A stretch of 64,000 nucleotides of DNA, taken from the NCBI GenBank assembly GCA_900088475.1, contig FLMG01003917.1, positions 62,001 to 126,000 of the forward strand, read 5' to 3'. Both the position numbers and the translations under genes were made by a program. The stretch is from Hyphochytrium catenoides. Lineage: Eukaryota > Protista > Hyphochytriomycota. The first letter of the stretch is position 1, and each line of letters starts with the position of its first letter. Below the pieces are notes generated by a model, which was not told the origin of the DNA, did not search any database, and saw only the letters and a list, made by a program, of their open reading frames with translations. This document shows positions 11,212-24,500 of this stretch, one piece after another.

Positions 11212-14200
11212 TGCACTTAGGCCGACCTGATCCAAGGCAACTCTAAAGGAAGTCCTTCAGGAGTTATGACCAACAAGTAGAGCTCTAGCCTTAGGACGAT
11301 TCCTTCTTGCCTGAGCAGTTGATTGCTGGATTCGATGGTCTTCTTTCTGCGGAAACAAGCGACTGGCAATTCTCGGTTTTCGATGGTGCTTGTTGAGAAT
11401 CCCCAGAATGACTTTTGCTCGGCAGTCCACAACGCGACCTCCCCTTGCGGACACCTGAAGTGACCATGGAAATGCGCCCGTGCTTCTTAGTATCCCGCTT
11501 TGGGAACAGTGTGAAAATATAATAGCACATTTCCGTGCACCTACGTAGGAGAAGCTCCTGACAATGTTGAGGAGCCAAGGAGGCAGTAGCAGCTAGTTAG
11601 TGGCGCTTGAGTTCGGAGATAAAGAGCTATGTGCTATCAGGACCACGTCGTTTGTTCCCGCTACCTGGTAGAACTTCTTCGGCAGCAATTGATCGACGTC
11701 AGCCTAGCAAGAGGTCGATGCCTATCTCGCAGTGATGCGAGGGTGATGGGGTTAGCAAAGGTGGTGTGAGGTAACACGTCATGTTAAGGTGGCCAGCCTA
11801 AGAGCTACGATCCTACGCTTGTAAAACTTCCTCTACTCAAGATATTAGTGCCTTGGTGAGGGAAGCAAGATCGTGCCTGATATAGAGAAGTTGATTTCTA
11901 GTGCGACCAGCTTGCTCTTTCCTAGCTGTGGGTCTGCTACTCACTCACTAGACGGAGGAGTAACAAGCAGATAAAAAAAGCGAAACGACCGTGGCAATGC
12001 CGTGCGGAGCCCATGATAGGCTGTGTAAATGTTGGAGCCTTGGAGCCCACAAGAGGTGTCATGACCAACAGATCACCGCCTCTGTGAACAACCGTTTTAC
12101 ATCCCAGCCAGTCTACTAAACAGCAAAACCATTATAAGAACAACTTGCCAATCGCAAGCATCTTCTCAGTTGTCAAACAGGCCGGGTGGAGAGCTCTCCA
12201 GGGGGCGCCAACTCTTTTTGGCCTTCTGAAAATGCTGATGATGCCGTAGCCTCCAAGATGGGAGGAAAGGGAGCCGGCTTGGTGCTGAATGCATGCTTTC
12301 AGCTCTTGAAAAAGGTGCTTGCCCAGCCGCTAGCAGAGGCATTGAGCCATGGTTGGTTACATAGTGCTAACTTGTGCAGCCTTGCCTTCTAACGCCGCTG
12401 TCAATGTCAACGCATGAGATAGTCATTGTATAAAGACTTTTCAAGAAGGAACTGTGCTTGGCCTGAAGTATACGGTGCCACGCAACCATTAGCAGACCAT
12501 CAGACTACCAGTGGCCTTGACCTATCTCCCTCCGGCCGTGGTGAGATCGCTTTGAGAAGGTGCTTCTTCTGTTACGCGGCTTATGTACATGTACCGGAGA
12601 TCTGGTAACCGATGACTGCATGGCATGTGCGTGTCAAAAGGGAGGGAAAATCCAAGCACACAAACACGCACGCTCACCTTCTGCCGGTCCTGGGCCGTCA
12701 TTCTATCAGCCCGTCACCCACAAGAAAGGACCAGTCCCAACCGATGAAGATGGTGTCGGACATTACCCAATAGTAACAAAGAATGAGGGACACGTAGAAC
12801 TACTGCTTGGGCCTGTGCTCGTACAAGTCCATGCTTCCATGCCACTACCGTTTTACACCGTGTTGCTACTGTGCAGTCCCATGCAGAGCTTTGAACACGC
12901 TGTAGTAGTACTCGAGCTTGAGTTATCCTTGGAAGAGCTTCTTTCTATTTATAGATATAATGGTGAGCCGAGTCTACCTTTCCATCAGTAGTTCTAACCT
13001 AATGTAGACAGTAGTGGCACGTTCTACTGAGCAGCCTCTCTTCGCTGTGTATCGTCACACTGATGACTAGTCCTCATCTTTCTCAAACAGAGGAGAGGAA
13101 ACAAGGAAGGACGCTTCGCACGCAGACCTTTATAAAGGAAGTTCTACTTGTAAGAGAAATGGAGTGGCATTATTGATGATGAGTAGCGACAGTGATAACG
13201 AAATGGTAGAGACGACAGGAGAGAGCGATAATCTTGTCCTACCTGTATCACGTGAACGGCGCAGGATCCTCCACACGCTCCTATTGCCAATGCGCTTTAC
13301 GATACTTTAACCTTAGCGGAGGAGGCAGAGGCGTGGTTAAAGCCCAGCCTTACGGGAGAAGTGAACTCCATTAATAACGTGTCTCCACTCTCCAGGCGCC
13401 CGTCGTATGTCAACTTCGCAAGCAAAAACCTCTCGGGATCATTTGGTTCCTACGACACAAGAAAACACTCGGATCGCCAGTTTCGTCTCTTCTACGGTTT
13501 GGAGCACGTTGCCCCTCAATGAGGAACCAGTAGAACGCTTTGTCTGAGGATATCACCATCACTCCCTTCTTCGTTAACACCATCGAGCTGTTATCTTCCA
13601 TGTGGACTTGATGGTGTTAGGACGTTCCAGGATGGCGAGCGCTAACCGAAGGGAAGGACGCCATTCTCGTTTGTTTCTTTTTGTTATTGTTCTTCCCCAC
13701 ATTGTTCTTAATTATGCTCCTCCTCTCTAGCTTCCTTCTTGTTCTCTTTGTCAGAGCTGCAGTTTGACCTCTCGTCTTTTGTTTTCCTTTCAAAGGTCAG
13801 CAGGAACTTTGGTTGGGGGTGTGCTTCTACTGCTTATCGCACTATGGGCAACTGATTCCCATTAGCAGCGTACCGTCCTATTACTCTGTACAATACATTT
13901 TTCGATAAAAGAAAAATCTACTCTCGGTCTTCATATTTCATCTTGTGCCAAGCTGCAAGAGAGATATAGCTGTCTGCCGCCCGGCCAGGGATGAATGCCG
14001 ACAGTCTTCTATCGAGCGCGCCGTTATATGGTCCCTCAGTAATGAAGCGCACTGCGAAATAGGGGTATCACGAGAAACATTCAAGCTCTACTGCCAACTA
14101 TCTTGATACTCATGGCTTCAACAGGGCTAGTTCTACCTAAGACGATCACTTACATGGTAACTGCCAAGGGTGCCAGGCTACGTCTTTTACTTTCAGTGTA

Positions 14201-14627
14201 CTCGAAGTGTACTAACGGTTGTCACATAAGTGAGACAGTAATGGGAGCGCCCACTCCTGTCTGTTACAAGGATCTTGCCCATTAGACAGGAAGAGACTAC
14301 GATCCCGTTTTCTCAAGAACAAAGGCGAAGTCACCGACCAGGTGCTTGGCGCAGGAAAACGGGGGTCGCGTTAGGATGTGGTTGTTGGTCATGTGGCACG
14401 TCTTGGGACAAAGACCTCCACTAACTCTAGGCTCTGCTACTGGCAGACCTAAGCGACGATTAGTAGCCACGGCACTTCTTGCGCGTGCACTATAGCCTCC
14501 AAAGCAGCATAGCAGCAAAAAGAGGCGAGCCAAAGGAGAAGTTCCCTGGGGGATGATCGATGGCTAAAAAAACACCAGGACAACAGGTGCATGGCTCTGG
14601 AAATTGGACGCACTTCGACACCGTGTG

Positions 14628-15662
14628 TCATTCTCCCTTGGTGATAGGATTCCCTCTTCGCGATTCTCCACCCCATTTGCCCTCCGTGTACCGTCGATCG
14701 CCTCCCGGAGGAGCTGAGGAGTCTCTCCTCCTAGCGGTCACTGTCGGTCGCTGGTACGGGTTCCGGAAAGGCCTATCTCTGCCGCCGAACCGCAATTGAC
14801 CAGACTCCTTTTTGCCTCCTGAAAGTGCAAAGGTAAGTCTTCGACCATCACGTCAACATCTACTGGTGATGAGCACAAGGAGCCCTGAAGGCCATAGCCA
14901 ACCCAGGGCACCAAAGAGAGAGAGATGAGCAAAGAAGAGGTCTACCAGGGAGAGGAACAACCATAGACAAAAAGAAGGAGAAGCATTAAGAGAGAGGAGA
15001 TAAGAGAAGTATCCAGACAATCTGGGGTGTAGACTTCCCTACCGAAGCCTCCGCCTAGCCGTCTGGGCTTCCACCCTGGGACTACTCTCTCTCTTTCAAA
15101 CTCCACCAATATCCTGGCTCCATCAATGACCGCCCGGTGGCTTTCTCTGTACGCCATAACGAAGTCCTCCTCTCTTTCATATTCCACAAAGGCGTAGCCT
15201 CGAGATAGTCCGGTAACCACATCTCTTACTAGCCGTAGCGACCTAATGTCTCCGTACCTAGAGAAATGCTGTCTGCTTTCAGACAACATAGAGGTTTGAA
15301 GACAAGTCAGGAGACGATGTCGAAGAGCAGGAGCTGTCTGAACAACAGAGAGGGCGAAGAGAAAGCACAGAGATTGGAGAGCGAAACTGCGTCCGTTTCG
15401 TATGAGCGAAGTATGAGCGAAGTAAGAGAGAGGTTCACGCCGCACAGGTTAATCCGCACCTCAAAGAGTCCTCCGAGGTAGTCACACTTAACCTTCCAAC
15501 GAAGAGAGTCGTGCGCGGGTTTCCCTGTACCTTGGGATCTTTGTTGGGATCGTAGGTGCTCTTCAGCGCTCTGATCAAGCCTCGGTCATGAGGGGTGACA
15601 TCCGTGCCATCAATGCTGCCATTGACCACGGGATCGTACTCAGTAGCGAACCAGAACGCCAT
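14628..15662 (-). CDS. SNRNP35: U11/U12 snRNP 35 kDa protein (minor spliceosome RRM protein), 3 exons
   Basis: [21 protein letters not shown]-terminus; RRM with [25 protein letters not shown] and [19 protein letters not shown]|[18 protein letters not shown]; two GT-AG introns. Confidence 0.93.
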
Positions 15663-15804
15663 CCTGCTGACTTCTAAATGAGAGCGTCTTGGTCATACAT
15701 CTCGACACTAAGCAGAGCCTTGCCGTGGCGTCACTGCTGCCTTCTACTTCTACTCGTACGAGGATTGGGGCCTGATGCCCTTCGTCCGTTCCTCTCGGGC
15801 CTGA

Positions 15805-15886
15805 ATAAGCTGACCTTGAACTTCCTCAACGCAGTGGGAAGTATCATAAGCTGACCTTGAACTTCCTCAACGCAGTGGGAAGTATC
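15805..15886. repeat. Perfect tandem duplication, 2 x 41 bp
   Basis: ataagctgaccttgaacttcctcaacgcagtgggaagtatc occurs at 15805 and 15846. Confidence 0.95.
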
Positions 15887-16301
15887 AACGTTAGCCGCCA
15901 TCTCTGTCGGTTAGCGCCTCCACAGAAGCTTCAAAATGAACAGACAGACCAGCAAACAAGAAAAACGAGGATGTCAGGGGCAGGAAGGAGAGTGCATTCA
16001 TCGTCATGAGCGTGGCGCAGAAGACGAGACGAGGGGAAGGGATGATTGAGCATGAGAGGTTAATGACTGTGCTCTTCTCTTGTCTGGACATGATTCTAAG
16101 CTTCCCGCTATTAACCTGCAGAGATCGTTAGGCAAGGCGAAGTAGACGCGGTCTAAGCGCGCAATAGCAGGGGTGTCGCGGGTCGAGCACTTAACGATGA
16201 TGCCCAACGCGTTGGGTCAGTCTTGGAGAGCACACTGATCGAGCTACGTACTTCCTGTATGTACACCTAACAATGCCCATACAGGGTCAGCATCCACTAT
16301 C

Positions 16302-19300
16302 ATGATGCGCAAGAAGGCGCCACCAGTAGCAGTGGACAGAAGTGCCGGGAAGAAGGCTTACCCTGGCAGCAAAAGCAAAGGCAATGTAGGTTTGGAGAAG
16401 TCAAAGCCTCTGGCCTCTGTCAATAAAGGCAAAGCACCTCCATCCTCCGACCCTAAGAGCAATAGTCATCCTAAGCGGGGCACCACGGCCGCTCAGCCTA
16501 AAGGGACAGCTAGCCGACCGTCCACCGCCAAGAAGAAGGGCACCGGATCGAATAACAAGTCCTTTGGAAAGGAGCGGACTCAAACTCAAAAGCTGATTAG
16601 GAGAGGACCGCTAGAGATAAGAGAGGGTGCTTTGAAGGGAGCTGGAGCTAAAGGGCCCGGGAAAGATGAACCTGCTACTGGCGACGAGGACAAAGTAGAT
16701 GCCGTGGCAGATGTCCAAGGTGAGTAGCTTAAGGTACTATTCTCAGTGTCTGGGGCTGCTAGGATATCCCTCAGTATCTTAAAAGAACTTCTCGATGTGA
16801 GATTGCTCGGACAATGCTGCTGGGTCTCTTGTCGTCCTTCTGTTGAGCGGCCTTCTAGCGTGCCCTTCTTTGGTACAGTCATCCTGTCTGTCTTTGTCCT
16901 AATGCCACTCTCACTTCCAAGAGCTTATTCAAAGGGAGAAGCAGCTTTTGGAGGTACAGCTGCAAGAACAGGAAAATGAGGCTCGTGAATGGAAGCAACG
17001 CTACCATGCCCTTAAGTCACGATATCCAGATCAAGCAGATGACATTCGACCTGGAACGCTGGTCTTGTCTGCTGACGCAACAGCAACCGTTCTCCAGTCC
17101 AATGTAAGTGATTGTGAACGGCTGGTTGATAAAGGAATGGGTCCCACTGGTGAGTCAAATTGCCGGCGGCCAGTGGAAGTGAGCGGCAAAGGAGAGGGTG
17201 AGCCATGGGAGGGGGATGACTGACTTTGCTTGAGGAGGTCCGCTGGCGGAAAGGGTGCAGAAAGTAGAGCATGCCAAGAGTGGCTGTAGGGACCTAAGCT
17301 TATCGTCAATGGCTCCAGCTTTCCGATCCCGCCCAAGCCACCTGGAATAGGTTCTTAAAAGAGNNNNNNNNNNNNNNNNNNNNNNNNNNNNNNNNNNNNN
17401 NNNNNNTTGAATCCTACTATCCGCTTTCCTATACAGTCCTCGAGTCCACCATAAGATTGACGGGACGACGACGGAGCTAGGGAAGAACCCGGAAGAAGAG
17501 GAGGGATTCTTTGCATCCACCTTTCTGGACTTCTCATGCGCTTTGCCTGGACGACAAGGTTTAACGCGAGTCATCAGGCATCTTAGCCAGTTTAGAAACC
17601 TGCAGATCATCGTGCTAAGGGACTGTGGGCTGGATGACTCGTGTGTCAAAGATCTTGGTATCGACTTTTGGGCTTGACTTGTCTCCGTTGCTGTCTCCTT
17701 TCGCTTGACGTGATCGACACTTGTGTATTGCTGCTGGGTGTCTTCTTGCCTTTGGCTTCTTTCCTTTATCCAGCTTGGCTTAGCTAAGTGCTCCACTTAG
17801 CCTTACCCTGGTATCAGGCTTTTGTGTGTCTGCTTAGCTACCGTGCTCTGATTATCATGCCCCTGCTCAGCCCGTTTCTAACTCGTATGCCTCGTTAGGT
17901 TTCCTCTTTTCGAAAAGGCTAGTGGGGCTCGACCTTTCCCACAATGCACTTGGGCTCAGTGCCGCTAGATGTCTGACAGAGCATGTGCGCACAAGTCGAC
18001 ATCTTACCTGGCTTAGCCTGCTTGGCAACTCATTCTCCCATCTCCCGGGAATGGGTGCCTTGTGGGCCGAAGGTAAGGGCTAGACATAAGGATGTAAACC
18101 TCCTCAGGCTTCCGATCCCTGCCTGCTTCAAACTTCTCCGGCATCTTCCGATCCTACACTGGTTCCAGAGGGTTACTCCTATTCTTTGCCTTCGACAATG
18201 GCGTTCAACTCTGGAAGGATGGAGCGTCAACATCTCCGTGCATGTAACCCCTAGTTCCTCAACTTACCTGATCCTATCTAACCTAACTAAAAAATAATAG
18301 CTGGGCGGCTAAGACCTATGTGTCCTCCGTTACTTTCTTCTAATCTCGATTATGTCAGCTGTTGGAGGTAGCACTTCACTGAAACATTTGCGGATTAGTT
18401 TGGCTGACTTTTCTCAACCTTTGGGAGCTAATGAGTTGAACGCTGAGGCTTTTGCCTCCATCCTCGGGGTAAGATAGATATCTCACGGGCGAATGTTCGC
18501 AAATGAGGCCATCTCCTACTCATACGCTGACAACTAGTCCGCGTAGGAAAAATGGAAAGAAGGTGCAGGTCTTGAAGGACTCACTCTAGGGCACGCACAG
18601 CTGTCTGGAAGGTGAGAAGGTTTGACAGCAAGTGGAAAACTGGTTACCAACTTCGCTTGGGTCGGAGCTTTATGAATAACCTCCTCTCCTCTTTGGCTTT
18701 TGACATGCCGTGCAGAACCTCCGTACTTGTGGCCAAACTGCTCTTGAGTGAAAGGCTGACATATCTAGACTTAAGCTTTGCTTTCTTAGGGACAGCCAAT
18801 GTTCAGGTAAGTAGCTGCCATTCTTAGACTTAGAAGGTTATTATCACGTACTGTCTACCGCTAGTTTGACAGATTTAAGAGTACATGCTCCCGCTCCATC
18901 ATGTGATCTGCTGTTCTTTATTATACCTTTTCCCATTGTCAATTGGCTCATGCACTCTGCCCAGTCCACCTATGGAGGCTTTGCTTCCAAAGCTATTTTT
19001 TCTTCACCGCGTTGCTGCTTTAACATGTCCCTAGTGCAAGTCAGCGGCAATTGTCCTTATCAGCTTGTGTTGGTAACTGTTAGACTCTTGTACGAGCTGT
19101 CGAATGGCATCAGCAATCGATGGTGAGCGCCTCCCAACTGGTTGGACTGAACCTTAAGGGAAACTTCATTGGAGACTTTGGCGCCAAATCTGTAGCCAGG
19201 TTAATCCGGGTACGGTCACCTAGATGACATCACATTTTTGCTGCCATCGCTTTGGTGAGCTTGCCTCAACTCTTTCTGGCGGTCGATTAAGCTCTTCCTG

Positions 19301-21206
19301 CGAATAAAAAGCAAGTTTCTGACACTTGCACGGCCTAACACTGGTTGAGATCATTGATTGTGATCATGTTTATCTTAGAAAACCAATACTATCACGAGTT
19401 TGGACCTGAGCAACAACAACTTTGGGCCTGAAGGGGCGAAGAGAATTGCATCGGCCCTGAAGTCTGCCAAGGTTCTGGCCATATTTACGTCTAGTCACAA
19501 TCCTCATCTTGCTGTTGAGTCCTCCGTCCCCACATTAGCCTTTGCTTGCATCAAATGCTCTCATTGCCTCTTTTATGTCCTTCAGCGAAGTCATTGTCTT
19601 CTCTTTCCTTTCTTGTTCTATCCCAGCAGAAACCCAGCTGCACATAGTGCCCTTCTTCAGGGCTGCTCATTCGGTACAGGAGCAGCAGCTAACGACCGCT
19701 TGCCCTCAGGTGATCACTAGTGTCAACTTGACAGGAAACCCTTTGGAAGGCGAGGGGGTGCAAGCACTTTACTATGCGGTCTGCAGAAACCCGAATCTGC
19801 TCTCTCTTGGTGACCTCATGAGGTAGGTTGCTAGGCGGACCAGGAGATAGTCAAACAACGCCAACGCAAGCTAGAGAGAGAGAGAAATTTTGACACGAGG
19901 GAGTTCAAGAATCCAACGTGATCTGTTAGCGAAGCTAGGCGGTAGAGGAGTTCAGAATCATAGGCAGACTGCTTTAAGCTCCGGAGAGGGAGAAGGACAC
20001 TTGGAGAAAGAGCCCGTTGTTGATGGACGAGCATGGGGCCAATGGGTATGGAGAAAGTGATCAATCTTTGCAGGTCAAGAGCTCAACCCGAAGTAAGGTT
20101 ATCTCTCGCAGCCCGGCTGGAAGATAATAGGGAGGCCCTTCAGGTCAGAAACATTGGTGTTCGGCCATCACAGCTCCGTATCTTTTCGCTTGCTCATTCT
20201 AGCCCTTGACTAGCATCGCAACTTTCCGCCTCCTCACTGTCGCGAAATCTGTGCATACAGGGCATTGGTATCAAAAGAGACGGTTCCAAGAGCCCATCCC
20301 CCCCAGTAAGTGGCGTCCACGGTTTATATGGGATGGGTCCCATTATCATCCTCTACATGCGTGGCCCTAACCCTCACTGGATAGGCTTCATATGTGGTCT
20401 ATAGAGATCTGTTTCCCCAGACCTTTCTCTTGGGGAAAGAGTATGCCGAACCACTTGAGAATGGCATATTTGGGCTTTTGCAGACCCTCTCTCTCCCCGT
20501 TGAAGGACCAGTGCACCTGCAGGCCGTGCTAAAGGTGACCGAGGATGGCCACTGGCAGAGGAGGGGCGAAGCCGAAGAACAAAGACAATTGGAGGGTCAG
20601 ACCCTCCATTGGAGAGTTATGCGGCAACGGATGTTCCAGCAGGAGTTGGACCTCGCTGGCGAGGTCTGCACGTCATCTTTCCTGTTCCTATCCTCATCTG
20701 AAGAAGATACTTCTTCCCCAGGATCTTCCCGATTCATCTTCCCTCTTGCCAACTGTTCATTGGAGTTTATCTCAAGTTGCACTTTGTTCTACCTATATTG
20801 GCAGGGCACTACAGGTGATGAGGTCGATATCCAGCAAAGCTTCACACTGTCCATCAAATCTTCAGGATGGACTTACGATGACGTCCTTATGGTATCAAAT
20901 CTCCTCCTATCGCTTGTCCTACTCGATTTATCATGTTCCAAATAGTTCTATAAATACTGCGCTGGTCCTAGTTTCGTTGCTGCCATTTTGAATGAGCTCC
21001 TCAGGGTTCTCCCTCTTTCCCTCTCTTCTCGCTCTCCGCTTTCTTGTCGGTTCGGTCGCACCATCGCCCTGCACCAATCGCAGTCTCTGTTTGCGCCTTG
21101 TTCACCTACACTTGACTTGACGTCCGTGCTTCTCCTTCTGGCCTTTAGTTTACCGTCCGCCTCAACATCGAAGGTCCTGCGAGGCCGATGCTGGTACATT
21201 TGCTGA
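16302..21206 (+). CDS. Multi-exon RNI-like leucine-rich repeat protein with a basic disordered N-terminus and a coiled coil
   Basis: LRR exons LVGLDLSHNALG, LTYLDLSFAFLG, LVGLNLKGNFIGDFGA, LDLSNNNFGPEGAKRIASAL and VNLTGNPLEGEGVQAL. Ends are approximate, and there is an N-gap at 17364-17406. Confidence 0.75.
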
Positions 21207-21539
21207 GCTTTCAAGTTGAGTATCTAGGACTAGAAGAAGACAATTAGAGGCAAACCCGGAAAGGAGGAGAAGTTGGTCGCTGTGAGCTGACAACCGACGA
21301 AAGAGAACCCTTCAGACGTTCTCTGTTGAGGTGAATTTATAAACAGATATGTAGATTCAAGAGGATTCTTTGGACCAAAGGATCTCTTTCTCTTGCAAAT
21401 TGTGAGGGAGAGGTAAGCAGATGAAGTCACTTTCACTGCCTTTTAAGGAGTTTGAACAAGCCAGTACGAAAGACAGGACGACTGCCAGAAAGATCGTTAG
21501 ATTGCGACACTTTCAAACTTGGTCAATGAATCGTAATAT

Positions 21540-24500
21540 TTATAGCATTAGCTCCCTGGCAAGGGGCAATTCTCGCAAGTCAATCAATTGCAGCCAAGGA
21601 GCCAGGGCGATAGCATCGTCAGTCAACCACGACACCAAAACTGAAAGAGAAAGATGGTCTGAGGCTCGTGGTAGCGCGTCGACTAATTCGTCCGCTACTC
21701 GCTCAGCAACCAGATCCGGAAGAGTAGAAGGAGAGGAAACATCCGTCATCCAAGAGACAGTCTTTAGCAAATCCTTTATCAGAGGGCGAATAGTTGAAAG
21801 AGACAAGGAAAGCGGGTCTAAGAGGGACGGCGATGCCATATCACTTTCCCTCCGCAAGATTCTGCTGATTCTACTCAGTTTGGCTTCCACTGCCGAAGAA
21901 GACAGCATGATCAAAGCACATGAAAGTGAAGTTACTGGGGCCATTTGCACATCCTCTCGTTCGTCTTCTGCAGGTTGAGGTGGAGAAGGCGACGCAGAGG
22001 GAGGAAGAGCAAACGTTTGAAAAAGAGAGGAGAGCACCGCCTCGATGAAGATATCCTCTCTGGCTCTCCCACTTCCAAAATGCGCGAACATCAGCCTTTC
22101 AAGGGACAGAAGAAACGAGGGAAGTGTGATGTAGCCGGCAACTACTTCATTCTTGCTCAGTGCCTCGTGCACGTCATCTGGGGTGAGGAGGTGAAGCCCC
22201 GTCCGCATCAGAAAATAGAGAAAGCGTAAGGAGGAGCGGAGAGAGAAGCTGATAGTATCCTCGCTGTGGCTGCCTCCTTCCGCGAGAAGTGGGTACGATT
22301 CGAATACCTGAACAACAAGCAGACAAACAGTAGGAGATGGTTAAGAAAGACAATGACATGCTTATAGGGCAATGGTCCTCTAAGTCCTCACAGTCGCTCA
22401 AGAAGGAAAAGTGGCCAAAGCGCGAACAGGACAATCAAACGCATCTGTCATGGGACGATGGCATTGGAATAATGTTGAAAGAGATCTTTGTACCTTGTCC
22501 GTGCCTTGGGTAAGTAACTCCTCTGTATGAGCCATAGAAGGTGGAAGGGGCCATTTGTCCCCTGAAAGAAGCTCAAGAAAATGGACGAACTCCCATCCTT
22601 TCTCCGTGTACCATTCAGCAAACTCTTGGAATCGGATGCCGTCTATCAGAAATGGACGAAGCAATCGATCAAAATCAGAAAGCGGTGTTAGAAGTAAATG
22701 ATAGAGTATAGGCATTCCATTGAGGCCTCATGAAGTACCAATCGTTATTGTCACCACCATGTCCTCCGAGGAGGAGCCAGAATATGTACTCCATTTCGAG
22801 ACATCAAGAGAAAGAGGGCTAGACGGGAAGAAGACAGATGACTTTTTGAAGCGAGCAAGAAGAAGAGAAACTGTTTATGAAGATTACTAGCCGGAAACTT
22901 GGCTGCCACATAAAGCCGTCACGTAACACTAAGAGTATTATAAACACGAGGAATGGGGATAGTAAGATCAGTCAGGGAGCCACCCAAGGCTTTCCACTGC
23001 ATCGTTTTTAAGGTTTGGACTAACCTGATCTCTTGGTAGGGACGTCTCGACGGATGAGGTCTGTCAGCTGGCGAGCCGTGGCGTCCGCTACCTCCCGCTG
23101 TCGTGAGACGGACGCCTCGGGGTCTCTTGAAAAATAAAAGAGCGCGCAGAGTATTGAACGAAACAGCTGGAAAAGGTTCTCAAATGTGACCACTTTGTCC
23201 ATCTCTCCGTCCACCTCAGACGCCAATGACCTCTCCCCTTTGTTTTCAAATAATCGGAAACAAGCTTCAAACTTCTCGCTCTTGCTTCCCCTGCAGAGTA
23301 TGGCCAGACCGCAAAGCAGAGGTGGAGCCTCAACCATGGCGTCATTGTTCCGATCGAAGGCGTGGAAGAGAGAAAGAAGCACTACACAGAGAAGGTGCTG
23401 CTGGACGTCCGTCAGGTTCTCTGTCGATGGAAGGAGCAGCTCGAGTGTCTCCAAGAACTCTTCTCTGGTTATTACTGAGAAGGATGTGGGGATGGTCGAG
23501 TTGGCAGCCTTAGAGGAAGAAAGAAATGCATCAGAGACTTCCGAGAGCGTTCTTTGCTTTAACCCCGATAGCCTAAGCAACACATGGGCCTGTCAGTATT
23601 TATGTCCTTCAGGACACGATACAGAACGCTGGCATATTAGAACACCTGAGTAAGCACTGAACAAAAATCGAGAGACGACGAGAAAGCAGTGGACCTAGCC
23701 AATAAAGCTGGATATGTTTGGACACAGCAAAAAAAGACGATGGCGTTGCTACCCATTAGCTGCACACAGCCCACTGCCACTTTCTGAAAGAAAGATGTGT
23801 GACAAAGCCTTTGAGTAATACGCCTCATGAATCATCTACTTCATTTGTACGTTGAGGTCCCTCTCACTCATCAGACTCACCTTGACACTAAGGCAATAAT
23901 AGCGGAGCTCTTCTCTCTAATCTGGAGGTATTCACCTTCAGGAGAGAGTCCAAATTCAAAGATCAAACCATTGAGATCAGGGAACAGCTCTATTGGGTTC
24001 TCGTCCGGGGAGGACGTGGTGGAGGTAGGGAAAGACAGATTAGAAAGAGGAGGTGATACGTGCTCTGCATCTTGTGGAAGCAGCGTCCACCACTTATTGA
24101 GATCTAAAAGCTCGATCCATTGCATCGAATGTCTTCCAAAGGTTCCATACCAGAAGGAGAACTGGTCAAAGCTAATCCACTTTTCCTCCTCGCCGTTGCT
24201 TTCTTCAAATATTTTCGCCGTGCTCTTTATTGCAGCTTTGTCCACTGTCTCTATAACTAAACTCGAAGGGGCATCACTTCCTGTCGTGACCGCAAAGACA
24301 ACGACCAGAAACGCCCTCAAGAATCTCCACATCTGTCTGCGGGAGAGATAACCGGCCTCTCCTCGTTCTCCGCTCCTCTCCAAAAGTGAGAATGCGGCAG
24401 CTAGCTTTTCGCTCTTCGTCCCAATGCAGAAAAAGAGAAGGGCGATGGTGACTTCGCTCATGTTAGCGAGTCCCTTTGAATGACGATCAAAGAGTCTAAA

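Noticed and set aside
12698-12991. TAA/TAG-to-Gln code reassignment
   Set aside because: Real genes in the window end in TAA or TAG (DXO, HSC20, GCNA), and their coding exons have no in-frame TAR codons.
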